Source of the DNA: Takakia lepidozioides
Lineage: Eukaryota > Plantae > Bryophyta
Length of the DNA stretch: 64,000 bases
Reading direction: 5' to 3'
NCBI GenBank assembly: GCA_030704615.1
Contig: CM060733.1
Span: forward strand, 14,198,001 to 14,262,000
Under the pieces are notes generated by a model. That model was given only the letters and a program-made list of their open reading frames with translations, made no database searches and was not told the origin of the DNA. Shown piece by piece: positions 13,478-24,620 of this stretch. Position 1 is the stretch's first letter. Every line of letters begins with the position of its first letter. Made by a program: the position numbers and the translations under genes.

Positions 13478-13590
13478 GGACGTGACGTGACGCACGTCCG
13501 TCACTGACGTCGGACGTGACGTCACTGACGTCGGACGTGACGTCACTGACGTCGGACGTGACGTCACTGACGTCGGACGTGACGCTGACG
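13478..13590. repeat. 21-bp perfect tandem repeat rich in ACGT cores
   Basis: gtcactgacgtcggacgtgac x4 (13500-13583). Confidence 0.93.
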
Positions 13591-16500
13591 CGTCAACGCC
13601 ACGTCATGTTCAAATTTGCAACTAGGGTTTATACCCTTGAACTGTGGGATTTAAAACATCCCACTACTACTACAAAACTTTCTTTGAGGGATATGTCAAG
13701 TTATTTTACCACTAGTGTGAAACTAACTAGGAAATAATTAGTTTTGATATATTGACATTTGGGATTGACCCAAGTGTCAATCCAAGGGCCAATATATGTT
13801 TGGGCACCTGGCGTTGTTATCTTGATGGCAGATCGCAGTGGGCTCATCTTTGTCGAGTTGAGCCTCACCGCGTCTAGCTATGGCGCCGTAGTGTGGATTC
13901 CCCATGGCGTGGGGTGCACTTGGCTTGACTTAATATATGAGTGATGTTTTCATGTGCAAATATGTGAGTTTGAGAGAGTTTGTGTGCTTGTATCATTCTT
14001 TCTTTATCACTCGAGAAAGATGAGCTTGAGTCTGTGAGTGTCAGGTTCGAGTTAGTTGTAGCACTTGTGTTTTCAGATCATGAAAAGCGGTTCAGCCTAG
14101 AATGCAGGGATCCATGCATGAGCCTATCCAAAACGGATAAAGTGTGAAGGCGAACAGGTTGCAGGTTTGCAATGGATAGAGAGGCGGTCAGTGTTGTATA
14201 GCTCAACGCTATGGCAATCAAGTTTGGGCTTCTAGTGTGAAGCGAAGGAGATGCTGGCCACGAGTGGGCGAACTGGTGGTCGTCTTCTTCAGTTGCAGGC
14301 CGAGTTGAGGAGCTGTAGAAATGTGGGTTGCGCATGGGAAACTAGTGTGTTGCAGGTTGGAGATGATATGATCAACTTCAAGTATTTCTGCTCAAAACTA
14401 GTTGTTGCGGGTAGATGAGGAGCAGCCGAATGGTGGAGCTAAGAGGGGATGCATTGCAGGCTGTTGGGAGCTTCAGCTCCAAGCTCATGAAGATGTATGA
14501 GTGAAGAGAGGGGGCTTGTCCCTCTTGTGTGTTAATCAGTGCACTTGTGAAACATGTGCTGAGTTGGAGTTTCAATCTGAAGCTCAGCAGTGTAAGGGCT
14601 CTTGGAGTGGCAAGAGTGGGGCTGAAAGGGCAGCAACGAGGCGCCCTAGAGCCAGGGAATATGCATGAGAAGTGCAGGTGCACCAAGTTTGTAAAGGTGT
14701 GTATTTTTAGATTCGTTTTTGTGAGCTTCATGAAGAAATGGAGCTTGTTGGGCAGCATATTGCTTGCTTGTTGAGTTTAGGGTGCCTTTGGTGGGTCGTG
14801 AGAGCCCAAGAGAGAATGGCAGCAGGTCTGGTGGCTTCGTAGAAGCCATAGCTCAGCGGCAGCAAGTGCAGGAGTAAACCCCAGCTCGGGGAGAGCTCGG
14901 GAACGCGTGGGAATGCCCGGGAACGCATGGGAACTTGTGTGGAATTCCTGGGAACGTAGGGAACTGTTGACCGTGACTGTTGACCGTGACCGTGGGAAGC
15001 CGTGGTGCGGACACCACGGGTTGGCACGGTGACTAGATTGTGGGGATGGCGGCCATGAAGGCTCGTGGGCGTGGTACCAGGGCAGCCTGTGCCCAACGAG
15101 CGCCTAGGGCGGGCCGTGAGGAGTCGTGGCGGTTAGAGCCACGGAAGGCCGCGAACAGTCAGAGTGGAAAAAAACAAATAAAAATAAAAAATCACTCGTT
15201 TCGTGGGACCTTGATGGGTAGGCTGGCTCTGAAGAACAACGGTTTTGAGCTAGCTGATCCGGCAGAAAAGTCGGAATTGCCTCCCTGTTGCATTTTAACA
15301 AAGGGAATTACTTCCCTGCAGGTAATCTTTTCGGGTTTTCAGCCCAATTCTTAACTATGGGGGAGACCAGCCTGCAGGTAATTCCTTTGGACATAATGTG
15401 GTTGGGGCCTATATGTACCTCTATTTGCTCCATTTTTGAACCTTCAATAAATGGCGTGGTTTCCTGAGGTGGTTCCATTATGAGGAATGGCTGGTGGACG
15501 TAAGGAGGCACTGGTGAACCCTGTGGAGGCTTGCATGGGGCCTTAGAGGCCAAGTTTGATGAGCTCGTGGAGGGCGGTTTTGAGGAGTGTCTACAGGATG
15601 CTCTCATGGTCATACAAGTGAGAGAAGAGAGGAAAAAAAAGAGGGTGTTGGGATGAAAGTGTGCTAGGGATAGGCATTACTTTAGTTTCCCTTCCTCATA
15701 GCTTTCCACCTTCTCTGTAGGCCGAGACCTTTCCGTAGGTGGAGGCAAGAGTTAGTCCGGGTTTAAGCTGGGGTGTCCTTGCAGGAGCGACACTGTGGAG
15801 TTATTTTTGGTGTGGGGGAGTTGTTGTTTTCATTCTTGTGTTTGGATCCCCTCCACATCTGCATACTTGATTGTGCGCCATACTAGTTTTGTGTGGGTGC
15901 TTCATTTTATAGGTGGTTGACTCGGGCTTGATCGCCAATCCAACCCTAGAACATGTTGTCGATGGTGAGGCTGGGTTGATGATCAGTCAGACCATCTTTG
16001 TTTCTTCTGTGGTGAGGTTGGAGGTGATGACCAGCAAACCATGGGAGTGCCTGCGGTAGATGCAGGTGCAGGTGCAGACTATGTTAGGAACCTAGTATTC
16101 CAAACTAAGCCGCATTAAGTTCTCTACCCGGATACCTTGTGGAGAGGGGGTTAGAGACAGGTTCATGATTGGGTGAGTGTCAGTTTGTCAACACGGAGGT
16201 GCCACTAGTTGCTGGGGAAAGTGCCAGTACGAGCACTAGCGATACTAGCGGGTATATGAGACGAGGTGTGCGGTTTTGGCTACTTTCACCTTCTGTGTTT
16301 TCTACGGAAGGTTCTGATTCGGATTGTGAATCAGGATAACTCACACCGACGGTGCAAGTTGTTTCCTTGCCATTGTTGTGGGACACAATGGAGGAGATGT
16401 ATGGAGCTACCAAGGGGCCACAAAGGTACTCTGGGGCGGTGGGCACCATCGAGTTGGATGATTTCATTCAAGAGTTTGATAGTTGGTGTGACTTGCAGCA

Positions 16501-19020
16501 GCAAATGCGCAATCCACAACTGTTTACGCCTTTCATGACATGGAAAGGGTTGTTTCAGCACCTTGAGGGGCCGCCCATGGATGATTACCATGAGTTTAGG
16601 CGGGGCCGGGGCACGATGTTGAGATCAAGGAGTGGAGGATGTATTGGTCACCCGACTATGTCTCCATCATTAGAGGCACTAGAGGGACAAGGGCAGCAGC
16701 CACACCGACAGCTTCCACAAGCAGCAGTGGGACTAGTGGTACAAAGGCTACGATGTCCACCCAAGCTACTGCTGCACCAGCACTAGTAGCGGTGCCTGCC
16801 TTCAACCCTGTTGTGGAGTTTTTGAAGAGTCGAGAAGGAACTACCAAGGGGTGAGAACAGAGAAGTTGAGGATCTTGCAAGAGTTCCAGATGAAGCCTAC
16901 TAAGAGCTTGAGGGAGGTTTTCACTCGCGTGAGGCACTTGATTAATGTAACCCAAGGGGTTACGGAAGCTTAAGCAGTCCAATTCTGGTATGGGATATTG
17001 GACAAGGAGCTGAGGAGAAGGGTGCGGGATGCAACTCTTCTATAAGCGGCCCAACCCACCTTAGCAAATGTGTTTTTGTTGGCAGAGCGGATAGAGCTCA
17101 ACATGGTGGAGGAACGAGTGGTCATGGTGGGATTTGCTAAGGAGACACCACGGGGTAGTGGTGCTCCTAGCCAGCCACTACCTCAATGTGCTCAAGGCAA
17201 CAAATGGGGCTTAGGTGAAGCCCAGGGAAGGACAGAGAGGACCTCAGATGCAAGGGTCTCTCCCTTCATTTGCTGGCCAACAACGGGCGGATGTGGTGTG
17301 CTGGACATGTGGAGGATCCCATGTCAAGAAGGATTGCCCAGAGGGAGGCAATGGTTTGGCACCGGCACAGCCTGCACAGTTGCAGTGTGGGCATTGTGAC
17401 AAGTATAGGCATGGAGAGGCCTAGTGTTATGGTTTGTATCCTGAGTTGTGCCCAGGCCAGTTCCTAGGGAACAATGGTGGCCGGGGGCGAGGTGAAGCAG
17501 CCCAGAGAGCTCCTGAGGGAGGAGACATGGGAAGCATGGGATTCATGTGCGGGCAACATTACCACTAGTGAGGGGTGCCACTACCACTACCACTGTGGGT
17601 GGGGCACTACTACCACTACCACTAGTGCAGGGCAACACTACCATTACCACTATGTGCAGGGCAGCACTACCACTAGTGCAAGTGGAATTGACTGCGGCAG
17701 TGACTCGAGGAGCAGCACGAGTTCCTGAGCCATGAGGTGCAGAGATGGAATTGGATGCACAGCGTGGGGAGGAAAGCCGTCAGGCCAGGCTTCCTCAGTC
17801 ATTCACATTGACGGAGGTAGTATCAACGCTGTTCATGACACCTAGTTCTTGCCCGACTATTACCGAGGCGGAGGTTACTATGCCATTGGGGAGAGCTACA
17901 CGGGCAGCACCACTATCTAGTGTTGCCAAGGCTATGACAACTAGTGTGCTGCTGGGGGCGGCCACATCTGTGTACTAGACTCTATTGTTCTCGGCTACCA
18001 TGATTGCGACACCGAGGATAAGACCAGCTGAGGTTTTTCCGGCTGGCAGCTACACTCTGTGAGAGTGTGGAGGTTACTTCATCTTCTGCTCGGAGATAGT
18101 GGGAGGTGTAGTGCCAAAGGGATCCTCGGATGTGAGGGTCAAGACTGCCACGGCGGCGCCATGACAAGCTGTAGCTGCCAGGTTGGCGGAGCTGCCAGCT
18201 AGGCCAGCCATTGAGCGCGCCATGGTGACACCTGGAGTTGTCATGTTAGACAATCAGGATGACATTTTCTGTTTGAGTGGACTGGCATGCAAGAGGTATC
18301 GGTCACTGGAGTTTTGTTGGACTCGGGAGCTCAGCCATTGATGTTGGGCAAAGCTGCTATTGCAGGTTTGGGCCCCACGGAGGCGGATATGGAGCCGTGC
18401 CCTTTCCAGATACAGACATCTCTGGGAGGATCAGAGCAGGCTCGGGGCATGACACAGCGTGAGTTGGATATTATACTACAGCCGGATCATCCTACAGATG
18501 GCTCAGTGATGAGAGCCAAGACCATTGTAACAAACGCGGTCTCGTACGATGTCCTGGTTGGTGGGGTAGTGTTGTATCCCATAGGCTTCACCCTGGGATT
18601 TTGGGAGGAGTCAGTTTTCTATAGGCCTGGATGGCAGTCAAGGGAGGGCCGGCGTGTGTAGTCCCTGTGACGTTCATAGGAGGAGTTGCGGTTGCCCAGC
18701 AAGGCAAGATGCCGACACTGGCAGCATTCACAGCTGCAGTGAGTTGGCCTGGAGAGTTGCTTGAGGGCAACGCTCATTCAGAGGATGTGTCATCTCTGGG
18801 AGAGCATGATGACATATATGGTATGGCGGAGTTTCCTGCCATGGTTGTTCACACTCCATTGTGGGGCTCGAGCAATGATTTGCAGCGGGTTGCTGATTGT
18901 CGTGTGCAACAAGCCTGGGTAGAGGTTTTTGTATCGTCAGGAGAGGAGGACAGTGCGGGGATTGCACCAGGACCACCTCAGTTGTTACCATTGGACACCA
19001 CACCAATCGTGTGGCAGTGT

Positions 19021-19560
19021 CCGGATGAAGGCATTTGCCTTCTGGACTTGTTTGGCGGGATCGACACCGGATTGGCTGCTGTGCTACAGGCATGTGTACG
19101 AGTACGGCGTTACTTGTATGTAGAGAGAGATGAGACTGCACGATTTATCTCACCTCGCCATGTTGCTCAGTTGGTGCAGTAGTACCCTAAGTTGTTGCCG
19201 ATGTCTGCAATTTGTGGATATCAGCAGGCCTTGCCAGCAGACATTTTGTCGCTGAGAACGCAAGATTTGGAGCGGGTTGGCTCCAATGATTTGGTAGTGG
19301 CAGGTTGGCCCTGCCAAGGGTATTCATTAGCCGGGCATGACAATGGATTGCGAGACTTGAGGTCGGGTCTGTTTTGGGAGATGGTGCGGGTTTTGCGCCA
19401 CTTATAGCTTCATCAAGCTATATCTCCAACATACATCTTGGAGAATGTGCCACTGATGGGTGATTCTTGGGCCAAAGTGATGGCCAGTGTGCATCAAGTC
19501 TAGTTGTGGCTTGGGTCAGCAGTGTTGTTGGATGCAGCTGCAGTGGGGTCACGGGCTCAT
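19021..19560 (+). pseudogene. C5 DNA-cytosine methyltransferase catalytic domain inside the retrotransposon polyprotein (truncated, in-frame stops)
   Basis: One frame: motif I LLDLFGGIDTG, II YLYVERDETA, IV DLVVAGWPCQGYSLAG (Cys at 19312-19314), V LRDLRSGLFWE, VI YILENV (19441), VIII LDAAAVGSRAH. TAG stops at 19180, 19405 and 19501. Confidence 0.92.
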
Positions 19561-19639
19561 CACGAGACTGTGCGCCATATCACCTTCCACATGTGGATGG
19601 GAGGATAGATCCCAACCTTGCAGTGGTACCTGCAGGGTT

Positions 19640-19787
19640 GCGTTGCATGCTATGTGGGCATGCTCGTGGTGCCGCCACTATGCTGGTGTGTGATCGATGC
19701 TCAAGAGGTTGGCACATGGGATGCTTGACACCACCTCTTGAGAGGGTTCATGATGGAGATTGGTTATGTCCACACTGCTTGGGATAG
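19640..19787 (+). CDS. PHD finger (C4HC3) at the polyprotein C-terminus
   Basis: CMLCGHARGAATMLVCDRCSRGWHMGCLTPPLERVHDGDWLCPHC. Confidence 0.92.
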
Positions 19788-20527
19788 TGGCAGTGGATAT
19801 GACTAGTGGCAACCAACAAAACATGGGAGGCCAAGCTCATAGGAGTCAATACCCAAGATCTCAGGCTCAATTTCACAGGTTGCAAGACGACGACTAACGA
19901 TGGGGCAACTCTTGTACCCGGCCTCTTGATTTATCGAGTTTGAGTATAGTAGAGACAGTGGTGGAGGACTTAGTGAGGCTATGGCCACTATCACATCTTG
20001 TGGCTACCTGAACTTAGAGGGACCTAAGCGCCAGCTAGGGGGGTGATTGTGATGGACTAGTGGCTACACTAGTGGTGGCTGGTGGCAGCCTAGTGATGGA
20101 CTAGTGGCTGCACTAGTGGTGTCTAGTGGTAGCCTAGTGGTGGACTAGTGATGGACTAGTGGTGTTGTGTGGTTGTGGATAGCGATATAGTTGTGTAGCG
20201 ATATGTATGTGCACGACAGATAGCACGTGTTTCAGACCCAATGAATGTGCTGGAAAGTCTGCTCTTGGTTTTGAAGAGCATTCCATGCTTTTGGGATATG
20301 GAATGTCACTTGAAATTTTAAGAGTATATCTTTACAAATCATGGAGAGTACTTGTTATGAGCATTCTTGAAGGTGTATTACTCACCGAGTTAAAATATTC
20401 TGAAAATTTATATAGTTTGTATTATTACAATAGAAAGTAATTTTACTCTTAATTATTTTTCTTGTAAGTATTACTTTGTTGATTCTTTATTACTATAACT
20501 TTTAAAATTGGTTGTTGATTTTTGCAG

Positions 20528-22432
20528 GGTGATACCCTAGAGATACCAGCTGTTTTTACAAGTATATATCCCATTCCAAGCTTCTTAGCTTCTGAACATG
20601 TAAGTATTTTTTTTAATTCACTTTTGTCTTTCACTTTAGTTTAGGTTTTTAAATAATTTAATTTATCTTTTGGATCTGAATTACATAAGTTCAATTAAAC
20701 TTACTTTTACTGATACCATTTGTCCAGGAAAAGTTCTCCAGTGGAGATGTTAAGGAGGATAAGGTACCACCACCTAAACCACTAATTGTCCAAGAAAAGC
20801 TCTCTTTTGGAAATGCTAAGGAGAATGAGGTATTTTATTGCCTCTCATTTTTTGGACTCGAATCCACCTATGGGCCAGCCAGTACGGCCCATGGGGTGAG
20901 TTCATGAACCCACCCCCCTTTCACCGGGTCTAGATTGAGGGGCGGACCTTCCAAACCCTCAACAGACTGACTCCAACTAGCGAGCGGACTGACCAGCGGA
21001 CTGGCGAGCGGACTGGCCAGTGGCGAGCGGATTGACCGGCAGACTAACGAGCGGACGATTTGGCGAGAGGACTGACTAGCAGACTAGCGATTGGTGAGCG
21101 GACTGACTCAGTCTGGCAGACTGGCGAGCGGACTCACCAGCAGACTGGCGATTGACGAGCGGATTGACCAACAACGGACTCCAACTGGCGAGCGCCTAAC
21201 TCCAACCTTCAGACCCTCCTCAAACAAAATATATATTTATAATTAACACATATTACCGCCACAATGTCACCTGCCAGGATTTGAACAGTAGCAGGCCTCA
21301 CGTTCGTCACAAGTTGCTCTTTACCATCACACTAGCCGCTGCTTTCTGCAAATCTTTGAAACAATTAATTATTTATCTACATACATATCTTCAGGTGTTT
21401 TGTGGGACCAACAGACTCGCTCCCCCTCTCGCTTCCCCTGCGCGCGCCCCGGGGCGGCTATGAGCATACTGACCCCGCCGGGTAGGGGTCACCCCACCCT
21501 GCGCGACCCCATGTGCCACCCGCGGCCCCGCCACAACCACATGTGCCCGCATTCAAGTCCCAATTATCAAACAATGAGAAGCTATTTTATTTAAACCTGT
21601 GCTAAACTACTGTAATATAAATACTAATTCAGAATTTTTTGTCTACTTCTGTGATGTTTATATAAAATATTGGTAATCTGCCAACATTAACTCTGATAGC
21701 TCTAGTCTTTAACTAACACAAAACGCTAATTTTAACATGGTTAATTTGGTTAATTTTTGTTCCTTGTACACTAAACTCCTTATTTTTATCATGTAGAAAA
21801 AGCTTTATAGTGGAGATTTCTTGGAGGAGGAGACATCTACAATTGAACCAGTGACAGACCATGATGTGCATCCAGATCCAGAATCTCCAAAAGAGCATCA
21901 TTTTTTAAATTTAAATTTATACTTTGTATAAATCAATTTTTTAGTTTTAGAACTGTATCTATGATACGGTAAGACTCTCAATTTTAAATGGTTGTTTTGT
22001 AGGTCAATGACATATCTAATCTTCAAGTACTTTTGAAGATTGAACCAACATCTCCTCTAAATTGCTTAAAGGTATGTGTAGGTAATGTGTTTATAAACTA
22101 AATTGGTACTTGATTTAGGTATTCAGTGAACTGAAAGTAAATTAACATAGTGTTTTGTTTACTACAGGATGACAATGTGCAGGATGACAATGTACGAAAA
22201 TCTGTAAGATGGTCAGAGAAGACCAGTCTACATATCAACGAAATGAACAAGGTAAGAGATTGAGATTATGATTGTGATTTATACTTTGACCTTTCAAATT
22301 TTTGAATTTTGAAAAACAGCCCTGTGATGCATTTTTTACATTGTGCAGGAAAATCAAGTTCTATTTCTGGAAGACCTTCCAACACCTTGGAATGGAATGT
22401 TATTTGCACACAACATTACATTGATTGGTTAG
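20528..22432 (+). CDS. Six short phase-0 exons of an unidentified gene or pseudogene (acidic, low complexity)
   Basis: Stop-free segments 20528-20599, 20728-20829, 21797-21895, 22003-22071, 22168-22251 and 22349-22432 (stop), all multiples of 3, in AT-rich introns. All follow AG and internal exons end at GT, except the third, which lacks a GT donor. Confidence 0.5.
20854..21561. mobile_element. GC-rich insertion in an AT-rich intron, possible MITE with ~12-bp internal repeats
   Basis: Imperfect termini ggactcgaat / attcaagtcc; gactggcgagcg repeats at 20975-21195; no clear TSD. Confidence 0.4.
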
Positions 22433-24620
22433 GGTGAAATATGAAGTACTTCTATTTATTCAATCAAATTATAATTTAATATATTTCTACATCAATATAT
22501 TTTTAATCTAAATAAAATTATATTAATAATATATATATATATCTATCTATCATGAATGTATATATATAATTTTTGTCCATCCATCTATTCATCCATGTTC
22601 TATCCATCTATTAATTCCCATTATATTCTATTATATTATCCTAAATATTCCCCTGTACTTTTATCAATGACATTTAATATTCCCAGGTTTTTTTTTTATC
22701 CACTCACACTGTACTTTTGCCATTGACACTTAATACTCCCAGGCTTGTTTTTCCCGCTCACACTATACTACTACAAATACCCACTTTTACATTTCTATCC
22801 ATCTATGAATGAGAAGTATACTATATATTCATCCATATTCCCCTACATATTCCCATGTACTATTGCCATTAATACTTAATATTCCCGCGCTTTCTTTTCC
22901 CCGCTCACCCCTACCAGCCCCTTTTTTTTTTTTTTCATTTATGAAGTTTCACAGACATGGCTACAGTCAGCAGGCTCCTTGGAACTGAATTGGCGATTAT
23001 ATTCAAAAAAATTGGTGCAACGGCTGGCAACAATACTTCAATTCAGGTTGAGTTTTGGCTGTGAAACCAAAAAACAATTTGTGATGGCGACACTCTGATT
23101 TTTAAGATACAAAATTTGTGGCTCCAATATTGGAATATGAACGCTACTTGCACAATGACCAAGGCAACAGCCCATAGAAAATGCTAAGACGAGCTGGGCG
23201 GTACATGTAGGCACTACATGGAAACTTATCCTTAGAGGCATCGTAGTGCAGACTCTGCGATATCTAGTGGTGTACCTGTGTAGATCTGGCTATAGTTACA
23301 CAATTGAGATCCAAATTTGAAGGCGCCAAGCCTATATGATAATGAAGCGTTTTGGCTCCGTCTTCCTAAGTACAGAGTTGTAGCTGGCTCCAACAAATTA
23401 TTTCCATACCATATTTTTATATAACTATGTCAACTCCATATTTTATTTGTAGCTTTTTGGCTATTTTTTGCCTAAAGAAAAAGGGCTGTTCCCTACTACA
23501 ATTTCCCACATTATTCCCACAATACTATTCCCTACTACAATTTCCTACTTTTACATTATTCCCAGGATTAATTCCCATTTAGTGAAAAGTCCCCCAAAGG
23601 ATCTAGGGAACAGTCTCTTAATTCCCACTTTGGCACAATTCCCTTATATGCATATATTACAACGGGATTAATAAGGGAAAAACAGTCATTTTCCGCTAAC
23701 ATGCTCCTTATTTGCTGCTGGAGCCACATACATAGTCAGCATGTCAGCTTAGGGTGGCCTAACCTCTTCACATTGACACTGTCAACTTGGAGAGGTCCTG
23801 TATGATCTTGGGTCAATCCTGTCTCAATACTTTGGAGGTCAGATTCAACACAGCACATCTTAGCATGATAACAATACTAATCTTGCACTGAATACAAATG
23901 GAATCAGCAAGATTCACACTGCACCTAGGCAAAACTGTATACAGTCAAGAGGTTTTGTTTAATGACCATGCTGGGGATCAGACAGCCATGCTTCAATTCC
24001 TCAAAAGCACATTCCACTATGCAGAATTTAGAGTCCATACTGGGAATTAGACAGCTGTGCTGCAGTCCATCAATAGCACTTCCCTCTCTCTCCTTCAGCT
24101 GAAGTCCTCTGCCAGTCACTGCAAGTTACTGGACAAGGTCTATTTACCAAAGCTGTGCAACTATTTGGATGGAGATCTTCAATGCACTGTTGATGCAGGG
24201 GTTTGTTTTAAGATGTAGAGATGAAAATGCACACTAAACAGCAGTAATCCAGTCATACTCTAAGGTCAGGTTTGTCTTTAGATGGAACACTATGACATGA
24301 CTGTGCTTGGGTTGAAAGTGATTAGCATGCATTTTAGATCCAAACTGTACCTGCAAATAAAACACTTGTATGAATGCTCACATGGCAAAGAGTTGGCTGA
24401 TCATGTTTTGAATCAGTCTGCAATGTAATTGCATCTTTCCATTGCATTTTTTATACAATCTCCCAATGCTTAGGTTACTCTTATCCAATGCCTCATGCAG
24501 TGAGCAAAGGCAGAAAGGATACCTAAAATTTTCTGTGATGAACAAAATGACACACACCTTTATCTGGAAGAAGTGATCACGTATTCTACATTACTGATAG
24601 TGTTCATGCCCGAGGCATTG

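Larger units (their letters stand above)
16350..20230 (+). mobile_element. Internally deleted Ty3/Gypsy-type LTR retrotransposon: gag - zinc knuckles - aspartic protease - C5 DNA methyltransferase - [RT/RNaseH/integrase missing] - PHD finger - putative PPT and 3' LTR start
   Basis: gag-like ELDDFIQEFDSWCD; knuckles CWTCGGSHVKKDC and CGHCDKYRHGEA*C; protease [13 protein letters not shown]...YDVLVGG; DNMT motifs; PHD; purine run aggggggg then TGTGATGG at ~20047. The 5' LTR/leader is unresolved (possibly within 13750-16300). Confidence 0.88.

Noticed and set aside
13662-13678. CACTACTACTACAAAA as a CACTA terminus
   Set aside because: Faces away from the repeat array and no matching opposite end was found
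13750-16300. 5' LTR of the DNMT-Gypsy element
   Set aside because: No match to the putative 3' LTR start and no recognisable PBS; left unassigned
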